A stretch of DNA of 60,477 nt, the filler included, from Hausera hauseri (lineage: Eukaryota), in the NCBI GenBank assembly GCA_046269625.1. It is 11 parts of 11 records of this genome, joined end to end, with 100 filler letters (N's around TTAATTAATTAA, not from the genome) between each part and the next. Parts side by side here need not be neighbours in the genome. Positions count along the whole stretch, not along the records: positions 10,597 to 16,732 come from JBJURY010135540.1; positions 16,833 to 22,319 come from JBJURY010244181.1; positions 22,420 to 28,985 come from JBJURY010086324.1; 8 more parts are not named here. One strand, given 5' to 3'. A program made the position numbers and the translations under genes. The notes under the pieces were generated by a model, which did not search any database, was not told where the DNA came from, and was given only the letters and a program-made list of their open reading frames with translations. This document shows, one piece after another, positions 13,001-24,858 of the stretch (positions are counted from its first letter, which is position 1; each line of letters starts with the position of its first letter).

Positions 13001-13109
13001 TGTAATAGATCACAATATAGATTTATTGGAATATTCCATGGTCTTGAATATGTTATATTGGTTCTTTCGTTAGAGCTATAAAAGTCTTCAGTGTTTGACA
13101 ATTAAAGCA

Positions 13110-14350
13110 TAGGGTTGTCTCCGATGAAAACACCAGTCTCTTGTATATAGATGTAAATAATTTGTACGGCGGGGCTTTATCACAACCTCTGCCATTTGCA
13201 ATGAGAACGTCTTGACCAGTCTGATCCAACAGTTGCCTTTTATTTACTGTGTTAAGGAAAAACGAGGCTTAGTGTTTGAAGTTGACTTAAGCATTCCGGC
13301 TGACAAACATAATAAGTTAGACCAACTGCCTCTAGCTCCAATCAACCAATGTCCTCCTGGTTCTAAAGTAGAGAAATTGTTGCTGACACATGAGCGTAAG
13401 TCCAACTATGTTGTTCACTATCGGCTCTTACAATTATACATCGAGTTAGGCGCTGTAGTTGAGAAGTTACATCAGGCCGTTGAGTTTGACCAGAGTCATG
13501 TCTTTCAGGATTATATCGATCTAAACACTGCAAAGAGGGCTGAAGCAAACAATCGTTTTGAAAAAGGTTTCTTTAAGCTTAAAAACAACAGTTTGTATGG
13601 CAAAACCGTTGAGAATCTGCTGAAAAGGTCAAATTTGAGACTGTGTAATAATTCTAAAAAGCTTATTACTTATACAAGCAAAGCACAGTTCAAAGAAAGT
13701 ATTATCATAGCCGATGATCTGGTTGCCGTTCTTCTTGATAAAGACATGGTTACATTAGATAGGCCCTCGTACATTAGTCAGGCCGTACTCGATCTTTCCA
13801 AATTGCGGATGTATGAGTTGAATTATATCGAGTTGCAGAAGTATAGACATCGGTTTAAATGTGAAATAAATATTATTGCTGGTGATACAGACAGCTTTTT
13901 CATTGATTGCCGTGGAGTTAATTTGCGATCACAACTTTTCTGGCAATGATAGCCGATGAACAGTTGGACACGTCTAATTATGAAAAGCGTGACCCTTTTT
14001 ATTCCACTCGTTTCTCGTCTGTAATAGGGAAATATAAATATGAAAGCAAGGGCTGTGTAGAGTACCTAGAGGCAATTTTCTTGCGGCCAAAATCGTATTC
14101 GTTGAAAACGCAAATGACACCTGTCATGAAATGTAAGGGCATAAATCTCAAACAGACAAATTTGCAGCATAAGAGCTATGTACAGTCGTATGAAAATGGA
14201 TGTGAACAATAGTCGAGCAGGAGAGAATTGGGAACAAAAACCATCAACTAATGACTACCATCTCAAAAAAAAGCATTGGACCCATTCGATGACAAAAGGC
14301 AGTGGATACTGAAGAACAAAAGTGTTGCGTATGGACATTATTGCATTTGA
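13110..14350 (+). mobile_element. polB: Protein-primed family B DNA polymerase (Polinton/Maverick type, family A), C-terminal half, disrupted
   Basis: YIDVNNLYGGALSQPL, FFKLKNNSLYGKTVEN, GDTDSFF, LRPKSYS, KCKGI, FDDKR..AYGHY. Confidence 0.9.
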
Positions 14351-14439
14351 CTGTTTGATTTTACAGTAAATCTTTTTTTGATTACTTCGTATGTCATACC
14401 AATAAAAATTTTTAATCTGTCTTATGATGTTTTTGTTAG

Positions 14440-14843
14440 TTAGGCTTTTCTGGTCATAGTAAATTTGTACAATTTCCGTTATAGTGCATTTACTCTCCGG
14501 GCATAGCATTACGTTAGAACATTTATGACAAACAAATAAATGACCGCACATTAAGAATACCGTATCTACTTTATTTTCTTTACATTGTACACACAAAATG
14601 ACACTGAATTATTTTGTTCTTTATTTTCTTTTTTACGTTCTTCACTTCAGCATGTAACGTTTCAACAGTATTGAAATATTTTGTATCATACAATCGGTGA
14701 ATGTACATTTGATTTATAACAGTAACTGGATTTTCTATAGATGTACACTCCGTTTCTGTCATCAGTGCTATTGATGCTAAATCTGCCTGAAATTCTAAAT
14801 CATTTACTTTTGCAACTAAGTCAATATTAAGTATTTCCACCAT
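14440..14843 (-). pseudogene. RING-finger (IAP/MDM2-type C3HC4) protein convergent with polB
   Basis: CVQC..VFLMCGHLFVCHKC..LCPESK (last Cys lost). Upstream ORF 14580-14843 probably joined by a frameshift. Confidence 0.7.
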
Positions 14844-17800
14844 CTTACCAACTCTAAAATTGGTAGATCATCAAAATTTTGTAATTGCTTCAATTGATCT
14901 GCTAGTTCCATGATTATTGTTATGCACACAACGTACTTATAATTTTAACAATTCACACAGTGAAATTTAAACAAAAATATTTTGCACGAAATTCAAAATT
15001 TTAAAAACCATTCCAAATCCATACTGTACGCCTCATTGAGTATCCCTTCAATGCCTCCCATCTCCGCCATATTAACCGCACGTGTATATCAATTTCTATC
15101 ACCCATGACTAATCCTCGAACTACACCGACTCTAACTACCACTGGAGGTCTGATCTCGTGCCAATAAGTATCTACTTCAACTGTTTCTTCGCTCCATAAT
15201 TCAAATCTAATTCGGATACATCACCTACACTTTTTAATCTGATCCCCTATTTAATTTGCAATGTTTAGTTTTAATAATTTCGCCATTTCGAGATTTGATT
15301 TTTTATTTAAACTTTCAAGATTTATAGGTTTTGCAGCTATAAAACTATATGAAGTTTTAAATCTCTAATTCTAAACAGAGCTTTATGTGAAGGAATTAGT
15401 CTGAAAAATCAAGAGTTAAAAGTAAAACTATTAAAACACATTACAGTGTCTGAATCTGAGCAATGACCTGAGAGCACAGAGTTTGTATCATATTTAAAAG
15501 TCAATAATCATTCACGTGCCTAATGAAAGCACTGATGTAATAGGAATTCATTTTAACTGGTAGGAAAATCCATCAGCACTAAGAGGCTTTTCAGTAAAGC
15601 TGTGGATCATATCTTAATCAGCACAGGTACCGAAAGCCCCCATCTGAGGATCAAAAACAACTAACAAGGCTTTCAGAATAAACAGGAGCTAATTTGCTTA
15701 AAGAGGGTTGTGTTAATGTTTCATGCTCCCTGCTCCAGTTGTTCCCATCCCTCTTTATTCAAATTGAAGTTAAACGACATCTCTCATGACTTCTAAATGT
15801 ATTATGAGAAGCATGGGCTAATCAGCACTGATGATAAATTCTAATGTCAACCACTTAATATGCTGAAATGTTCCCAGAATGCCCTGGGAAACAGACAGAG
15901 CTCTGTGTGTTCCTAATGGAGGAAATATAGTTGACAGTACCTCGTGGATAATGGTGTTTGACTCATATACCTGAAAGGTAAACATGACAGCCTTCTTTCA
16001 TCATAACAACTTCAACACAGACGTTAATAGACGACCCTGAAAAACAAAATGAAGAAGAAAAGATTAATCTTCATCCAATCTCCACTTCCTTCTTCAAGTC
16101 ACAGTCAGCCATGACGTAATCATTAAGCTTAGGACATTAAGGGAAGGGGGCACTTTATTTTATGGTTTATTAATGTCTATAGTTTGAATTATACTTGGAG
16201 GCACCAAAACCTTTGAAGTGCTTAGGGCATCTAAGGATGTTAATCCGGCCCGGAGTTCGAGGCATGCGCTTGTTGATCTTGCATACATATGTAAATCTGT
16301 CACAACAACCTCGAGTGACACGCTTTGATCAAGCAGCTAGCTGGAGTTGTTGTTGTCTCCATCTCTTTCTCCATTCTCGTGTATTTGCTTGAGTGGCACC
16401 TGAATCCTGTGCAACATTCTAGCCATTTTAAACAAAATGAACAAAACCTCTACTCCAATGCTTGGGGAAAGGGGTGTTCGAATCATAGTTGCCTGTGCAA
16501 CTCTATTTAAGACTGTTAGCATTGTTAGACAGGACTGGCTTAAAAGGTGTAACTTGGCGTGCTGAAGAGGATACAAGTGTAATGTATACACATCGAACAT
16601 GTCGTAGATACCATACTACTGCTAATTCCGGTTCATTCCACTGACGCAACAAAGTGCCATCACTGTAGATCTCTAGCTCTTACGATCTAATAGATTTATC
16701 TTTTCTAGGTTCTTGTTGGTAAGCTAACCTTCNNNNNNNNNNNNNNNNNNNNNNNNNNNNNNNNNNNNNNNNNNNNTTAATTAATTAANNNNNNNNNNNN
16801 NNNNNNNNNNNNNNNNNNNNNNNNNNNNNNNNATTTGACTGAAGAATTGAAGAAAGGGGATGACAACACACGAGCCCTACATTGAATACGTCGTGACACT
16901 TGCTCTCATTAGTTCCTAAAAATGTGCTTTAACAATGCGAGACAACCCTTACACGTTTATTTACTACGAGTGTTGCTGAATCATCTGAGATTTCAAACAG
17001 TGTAAGTAAATGCGACATTCAATTGTGAACAAAGTGAAAATGTGTAGCCGTGTTATTTTAGATTTACACAAGAGATCATTCTCTTCGAGACTTTTCCATG
17101 AGAAAAGCATTTTAATAAATTATCTAGGTCAATTCCAAAAATCAGTGTATCACGCATGATTAATATGCATCATGCCAGTGTCTGCAGTTTCAGTTGCGAG
17201 CTAAAGAGAACAAAAGCTTACTTAAGAAATGGGACTACTTTTAACAGAATATACTCTGCTGAATTACCTTGGGTATAAGGGCACTTTTTTTAAAAAAAAA
17301 ATTGTTCAGTTCTTAGCAACAAAGAAAAGAAATCAATGACAAATTTGAAAGGAAAGCTGTTGAGCCCGTATGACTTTGTCTTCTTGATGTAAAACGCAGG
17401 AGAAAAAACAGCAAATTTTCCTGAAAAAAATTGCAACTTGGAAAAACGTAATTTTGTTACGTCACACATGGTGCGTCTAATGGCCACAAAATTGAGTCCG
17501 AAATATTTTAGCCGGAAGAAACGGAGGTAGGCAAAATAGTGACCCAACACCGCAATATAGTTCGTCACAAATTTGAGCTCGTTACATTCCCCACAAAGTG
17601 GTCCCGGAACAAGTAGACTGTTAGTAGGCCATTGGAAGAAACGTCTGGTTCAATGTGATTTTAGCAAACGAAAGAAACACGCTAGAAGACAAAAATATGA
17701 CCAGCAGCAGGCAGACTCAAAATCAACACAGTTCGATAAAGTAAGTTGAGCTTCATTCACAAATATAAATAGTCAATGGTTTTATTTATGGCAATTTGGT

Positions 17801-17894
17801 AGAATGGAAAATTGTGAATTAAATACGTATAGTTTATCAGTCTTATTTTCATTGACTGTACGGTTTTGTTCACAAGAAAGCAGAAAAAAAGAAA

Positions 17895-18370
17895 GGGAAA
17901 CTATTCGAGTCAAATAGAGATGATGAAACATTGGAAGGATTTTGGAAAAGTTGGAGAGACGTAACAGGTCAATAGATGAGGCATTTGTTTATAAAAAGAA
18001 TGATGCTGGAAAATGTTGGAGCTAAATAATTGAGTTTGAAATGGATGATTTCGAATTAGTTATAATGAAATGGTTCAATGAACTTCATCCACTTTACAAT
18101 TGGTTACATGGGTTTGTGACGTATTGCTTGGGTAACTATTACTATCGAATGTTCAACTCAACATGGCCGATACCTGCTCATATATTGGGTAACCTGTGGG
18201 GTCAGGAAATGCAGAATATATTCTCCATCATTCAGTGGTGTAGAGGACGACTAAACATGGATTATCAGGAGGAAATAAACAGAAACCACAAGGGATATGT
18301 ATCATTTTGCTGATGAATCCTATGAATCATTTGAAATGTACACAAATGACGAAATACAAATGAAGGACCC
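17895..18370 (+). pseudogene. ACE: Angiotensin-converting enzyme-like (peptidase M2) fragment
   Basis: FESNRD..FWKSWRDVTG, FNELHPLYNWLHGFV..WPIPAHILGNLWGQ. Contains stops and an internal deletion; no intron seen. Confidence 0.85.
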
Positions 18371-18972
18371 TTTCATCGTTGTGACTTAATGTGCAACGAA
18401 TGTTTGATGATTAATCACAAAGAATGTATCATGAATGAGTACCGAATGATTCATCTCAAGTCAAAATATGAAAGCAAATTGTAATAATTCTTCAATATAA
18501 TTATTTATTTCTGTTAGTAGATCGCGTTTCTACTATTCCGACCTCAACGTCACTCGATGATTGTAAGATTGAATTCTGCATAAGAAATTTATTATAAATG
18601 TTTGTATAACAATTATCTCCTTCACTCATTAAATGATTCTTCTTTTCAACCTGTTTTTGAATTTCCTAAATTTATATTGGCTGTTTATTGATTTAACTTT
18701 GAATTAAATTTAAACATTAATATTCGTTTAAATTCCTCCTCATAGTACTAAAATACTTGTCGCGGACTATACTACACATAATACACAAATAATTTGTACA
18801 ACTTTAATTTAAATTCCTTAACGTAATTCATGGAATTCTAGATTTTATAAAAATAATTTTTGGACATATTTTGGACATCCTGTAAGAAGTATCCAATATA
18901 AATTTAATTAATTATTTACGTAAAATTAATAAACTTCATTTAAACAACAAAGGTTATAAATTATCAGTTAAA

Positions 18973-20358
18973 ATGAATTACAACGGAATAATTAATGAAA
19001 ATATTCAAAATGATTATCATTATGTTGATGAAAATTTGCAGCAATTCAATATTGGATATATGCCTACGGTTGACCAGCAATGGCCAATCCAATTGCCTGA
19101 AGCATACCAATTCATGGATCAAGGAAACATCATACAGGATGGCCAAATGTTGCCACAAATTTACCAATTTATTGGAGAAGATGGTAATTTAATTGACGGT
19201 CAAATAATGCCCGAGGTTTATCAATATGTTGACCAATACAATATGATCGAAGGACAGATGTGTCCAAATAATGATTATTCATATCAATACCAGACATACG
19301 ACGATACTCAAATAAATACAGCGTTGCCACAAACTGAATTCGAAGAACGTTTTAACAATATTTATGACAATCTTGTATATTACGATGATCCCGCGTTGAC
19401 CAATATGGTTTATCCAGAAAACAGTGTTCCTGAAATTAATGCTAATACACCAAATAAAATTTTAATTAAAAATCCTAACGTTCCAATACCTATAGAATAT
19501 CAGTGCAAAAAGAAAGGTAGACCTAGAAAAGAAGGAAATTCGCTTCCAAATAATACTCCATTACCAAAGAAACGTGGACGACCTCGAAAAGTATTAAATA
19601 ACAGCAATATGAACGTGACAAATGGTGTAGAAAATGATATTGCAGATCAATCAGTAGTTGATTCTTGTGCAACCATACAAAGTAGTGATAATACACCGAA
19701 CGACCTGTCTAAAAATAATAAAACTGAGATCGATTTCGACGAATTTGAAAAGTTTAAGAATGAAATTTTGAATGCCAATGAGCATCTTGAAGAAATGATC
19801 AAGAATATATCAGATATAAACCAGACTAAATCTATGCAAAATAATATTTTAGAGGGAAGAAAACGCGGTCGGCCTCGTAAAGTGCTGACATTGAATTGCA
19901 ATAATTTGGATGGTACGCATGATCAGATTAGTCCACCAGTAGTTATAAATGATTCTGTGAATACAGTAACCAATCACCAAGAAGAATTAGTAAACATTAA
20001 TGTCAGTGGATTACAGAAAAGGAAGCGGGGTAGACCACAAAAAGAAATCGAAAATCTTGATGACTTTTCAAAATGGATTACAGAAGCATCCCATCAGTTT
20101 CTTGGTGCAGAAAAACCATCTACAGAAGCGTGCAATGGTCGAGTTGTAAAATGCGAATCACAAACTGAGAAAGCAAAACGTGGTAGACCAAGAAAGAAGA
20201 TAAAATTAGACGAAACAGTTGTACAGAAAGAAACAGTTCAAAATAAATTGGATTGCGACGGAATTCGGCGTTTGGATGGGAAGTTAGCAGTTGGCTTTCC
20301 TAGTGGATATGAATACGACGACCTTTTGAAGTTTGCCATGAATTTGATTAGTTGTTAA
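18973..20358 (+). CDS. Intact intronless 461-aa protein with five AT-hooks and Q/N/Y-rich N-terminal repeats
   Basis: KKKGRPRK, KKRGRPRK, RKRGRPRK, RKRGRPQK, AKRGRPRK; AATAAA just after the stop. Confidence 0.85.
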   Translation: MNYNGIINENIQNDYHYVDENLQQFNIGYMPTVDQQWPIQLPEAYQFMDQGNIIQDGQMLPQIYQFIGEDGNLIDGQIMPEVYQYVDQYNMIEGQMCPNNDYSYQYQTYDDTQINTALPQTEFEERFNNIYDNLVYYDDPALTNMVYPENSVPEINANTPNKILIKNPNVPIPIEYQCKKKGRPRKEGNSLPNNTPLPKKRGRPRKVLNNSNMNVTNGVENDIADQSVVDSCATIQSSDNTPNDLSKNNKTEIDFDEFEKFKNEILNANEHLEEMIKNISDINQTKSMQNNILEGRKRGRPRKVLTLNCNNLDGTHDQISPPVVINDSVNTVTNHQEELVNINVSGLQKRKRGRPQKEIENLDDFSKWITEASHQFLGAEKPSTEACNGRVVKCESQTEKAKRGRPRKKIKLDETVVQKETVQNKLDCDGIRRLDGKLAVGFPSGYEYDDLLKFAMNLISC

Positions 20359-21049
20359 AATAAAAAATTTTCGTTGAATTGTTTGTTTTTCTTTTCGCTT
20401 TGTACAAGCATATATTATTACTAACCATGTAAAATATTCTCAAAAAGTCAAAAAATTAAAAGTTTTATGAAACATTCAGTATAATAACATACACACCTTT
20501 AAATATAGATTTTCATTTCTCAACTAGATGTCCACGGTACTTAAGGCTTATTCGTCGTTGAAGAGTCTTCTAACATTCAGTGAGTGACATATGAACTAGT
20601 CTGAACTTTAGGAACTTCGTCTCCATGCTCATCATTTTCTTTGTCTTTCTTTTTTTTGCAATGTATGAAACGTTGCTACTTGTCTCTTAAGTACATTTTC
20701 TCTTGGCGATGACTCATAAACGAAACAACACCATTCTCCATATTTACAATTTCTATTTAAATAATATTTAAAAATTTGCGTCATTTCTTTTCTTTCATAT
20801 TATATGAATATTTATGAGTATTTCCAAATCTGTGTGCTCTGACAAAGATCATAATAAGATCGAAATATCAGCTTCGAAAAATTTGCAACATTATTGTTCT
20901 CAAAAAGATTCGTCACTTTATATTATTTCCAAATCTACAATTTCCATGTTTTCTGAATTCCCACTATATTTGTTTTTCAATCATAATTATTTGTCTGATT
21001 TTGTTTTGCTTTTTCATCCTGTTCGGTATTTGTGTTTTATTTTTATCCA

Positions 21050-21890
21050 GATGTTTGTATATGTAAAAACTCTTCTGTGATTCATTTATGTCCAGTAGTT
21101 CAACATTGCGAAGCTTGTCAGCGAAGCAAAATCTTAACAACGAGCACGAAGGAAGAAACAGTGAACCTATCAGCAAGCGAGCCATTCGAGAAAATATACA
21201 TAGATATCTGTGGACCAATGAAGGAGACATGGAGCAAAAGTACATTTTAGCAATGATAGATCAGTACAGTAGATACTTAATCCTAATTGCTATACCGAGG
21301 CAAGACGATGAAACCATCAAAGCAGAGATAGAAAAGAAATGGATCCTCAAATATGGTGCGCCAAAAGAAATACATACAGACTGCAGGAAAGCATTTGAAT
21401 CGAAATTGATAAAAGACATGGCATCGTCAATGAATATAAAAATGTTCTATTCAAGATGGTATAAACCAAGAGAAGGAACAGAAGGGAGGAACACAGAGAG
21501 TCAGGAAGGACCCACGGTAAAAGGACGTTTCGAAGTAGGGGATCAAGTGCTGGTAAGGAAGGAATCTGGAACAAAGGAGAAAGACAAATACGAAGGCCCG
21601 TATACGATCATGGAGAAAGTACACGGCAGACGATATGTACTACGACATAAAGATGGCAAAACCTAGGACAGAAATGTAGAGAAACTACGAAGATTCTTAA
21701 AAGGGGGACGTGAGGATATAATTGATAACAGAAATTCTAAATTTAAATTAGAATCATTTTTAAATTTTAAAAATTCGACCATGGATTTAATTTAAAAATG
21801 TAATATTAAAAGCATAATTTAATTTTAGAATTTTCGGAAAATTTGTTTCCAAATGAGTATTTCGATATACAATAAAATTTTCAACAACTG
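21050..21890 (+). mobile_element. Ty3/gypsy 3' remnant: internally deleted integrase, PPT (21699-21710) and probable short 3' LTR from 21711
   Basis: CEACQ, PFEKIYIDICGP, IDQYSRY, YGAPKEIHTDC, YEGPYTI; aaaagggggacg then TG; AATAAA..AACA near 21886. Confidence 0.8.
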
Positions 21891-22744
21891 GTGTTACTTT
21901 GCAATGAGTAATTACAAATGATCAAATTCTGCTTTAGCGGACATACCAGGGGCGGGATTTTCCAACCCTACCTAAGCTGTGAGACGATGTGGACGGCATT
22001 GATGCGCCCGCAGCCAACATACATATTGTGGAATCAACGAATTATATCCAGTTTGGACATTTGCCTTTATTAAAACCGAACACAACGAGAAGCAACACTT
22101 ATGCATCCAAAATATAAAATTGATGATTATGTACGTATTTCGAAATTAAGTTTAACGCCATTCATTAAGAATTTCAATCAGAACTAGAGTGATGAGGTTT
22201 TCCGAATTTCCGCAATCAATACGAAAGAAACACATGTTATGTATGTTTTATAAGATAAAAATGGTGAGGAAATACGTTGTAAATTCTACGAACAAGAACT
22301 GCATTTACTACTTGAGAAANNNNNNNNNNNNNNNNNNNNNNNNNNNNNNNNNNNNNNNNNNNNTTAATTAATTAANNNNNNNNNNNNNNNNNNNNNNNNN
22401 NNNNNNNNNNNNNNNNNNNGAAAGATGGGACCATTTACAATGCGGTATAGATAAGAGTGAGTCATGGTGTAATTTTGTGGCTATATTGGGTAAGGATTGG
22501 GTTGCAATGGTAGGAGTAACCAATTGAAGCGTGTTCTTTCTTTGTATAAATCATGTGCAATAAATACCATATATTCTGCATCCATCTTATTGGGTAAGAA
22601 GTACTCTGGATCTTTATAAAAAGTGTAAAAGGCATAAATCCGTTTTGACTGTAATTGAGGTCGATAGCCCCCAATACTATAGTACGAGATATATGCCAGA
22701 GATTGAGGAAATTTGAGGGTCAATCGGGTAAATTTCGATAATGG

Positions 22745-23086
22745 AGGAATTTTGGCAATTTGGACTTTCATTCAAATCTGTTTCGTGACTGAAATATTGA
22801 ACTTTCGACCAAATGTTTTTTGTAATTTGTAGAGGAGAAACGGACCTACAAGATTCTGTTATCGCTACCAAGTTAGCATGATTAGAAACATGAAAATGTT
22901 GCATTCAAAATTACCCCAAATATCGTGTAAATTTCCCTACTTTGAGGAATTTTGGCAATTTGGAACTCCATTCAAATGTATTTTGTGACTGAAATATTGA
23001 ACTTTCGACCAAATTTTTTTGTAATTTGTAGAGGAGAAACGGAGCCACAAGATTCTGTTATCGCTACCAGGTTAGCATTATTAGAA
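22745..23086. repeat. Two ~143-bp direct repeats, period ~199 bp
   Basis: gaggaattttggcaatttgg...gttagcat.attagaa at 22745 and 22944. Confidence 0.9.
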
Positions 23087-24251
23087 TATAGATTATATAT
23101 ATCTGAATATAGATTATAAAACATAAATTCATTTTAATAATATTAAAAATGAAAACCGAACAAATATATGTAAAATAAAATATTTTTTAATCTTTCACAT
23201 GCTCGCTGTCTTTTTCGCTGCACACAATAATTCGACTTGAAACGCGTATTTGATCTGCTTAGAAATTTTGAACAAACGCTTGTTTAAACAAAGGTTATAA
23301 GGAAACGGTTAAACTATTTTGTACACTGTAAACAGTTTATACTTATATATACAAATTACCCAGATTCTGCCCAAAACTTTATATCAGAGCATTAAAACAC
23401 CATGCATAATTTGTAAAATCTGTATATATCATTCATGAATTGATAACACTGTACTCAAATTGTATCGATTTTTTTGTATAAGGGAAAATTTATGTCAATG
23501 ATTTATATTTTCATTTTGTATACATTATTATTATGGTATCATAAAATATAAATAAATCTAAATTTGTTAGTTGAGTTCGTATTTATTTTGTGATTCTCGA
23601 TTTCAGTGGCGCTCCATAAGAGCTTTAGGGCATAAAACACTACCCTATGGAATCTAACTTCAAAAAACATTTTCATAGTATTCACCATCTAATCCATTTT
23701 ATTTTTGGTGGCGTTTTAAATTTTAAAATTTTTGTGCGTTTTATATCCATTTAACCATGAATACATTTGAAAATTTCATATTTGGTAACGCTATGCAAGA
23801 AGTGAATTTAATTTAATAATAAGCCAGTTACAAAACATTAAAAACGGGTTTTTTGGGCGAAACTTCATAATGACCCTTTAACTGTGAAATCTAAGATTAT
23901 TAAAACAAAATGCATGAATATAATATACAATTTGTGTACTGAATTAAAAAATTGCGTCGGGTGAATATTACAGGCTTAATAAAACGGTCATTGTGTAAAT
24001 GACTCGATCACATTCCAATTTTTGTTCAGAATTATCTATCTTCCATTTATTTTTATATAAGGAGTTCAAATTTGTTCAGGAGAACATGATGCATTTAAAG
24101 AGAATTTTTTATTATTTCATAACTTAATATTATATTTTAACTTTTCAATTATACAAATATATTATTTAAATTAATTATCTAATAGGATTTTGAAATTTTA
24201 TTCCAGTTAGGTTTAATGTTATGGTTTGATCTTCACTTGGAATTAGATACA

Positions 24252-24692
24252 GAGAAAACCATAAATATATTCATTGAACTGTAGACGTAGTGCCGTCATA
24301 CTTCCAAAACAATAAAAATTCAAATGTAATGTTCCCTGATACAACTTGATATATAAATATATATCCTTGGTTAGATTCGAAAAATATACAATACATTACT
24401 TTAAAAATATTGCATATTTGATTTATTTTAATAATTGGTTATGTAATGTACCAAGATCACTACACACATCATAAAGTGATATTGGTACATTACATACCCA
24501 ATTTTTAAAATAAATCAAATATGCAATACTTTTAAAGTATTGCATGGTACATTTTTCGATTCTAAGCAAGGATATATATTTATATATCAAGTTGTATCAG
24601 GAAAAGTTACATATTTTAAATCTTTATTTTTCTTAGAACTATATGACGGCACTACGACTACAGTTCAATTAATATATATATATGGTTTTCTC
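24252..24692. repeat. ~440-bp foldback / MITE-like inverted repeat
   Basis: Arms of ~210 bp (gagaaaaccata..ctgtagacgtagtgccgtcata.. / ..tatgacggcactacgactacag..tatggttttctc) around a ~12-nt loop near 24465. Confidence 0.92.
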
Positions 24693-24858
24693 GGAACAAA
24701 TTTCAAATTTTAGTACATTTAAATTTTTTCATTTCATGTTTTGAAATTATAGACAATGATAGGCGTTGGCAGCAATTCTTTAATAGTAAATGGATTTGTT
24801 TAAATAAAAATACCGTTTGTTACATTCAAATAATTTAAAAATTATTTTTAATTTGTAG

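Noticed and set aside
21887-21900. TGG after the putative LTR end as a primer-binding site
   Set aside because: No recognisable tRNA complement beyond about 5 nt, and no gag follows.
22462-22771. Minus-strand coding-like sequence spanning the contig 5 circular junction as a Rep or capsid gene
   Set aside because: No HUH, helicase or capsid motif recognised, and the frames are interrupted.
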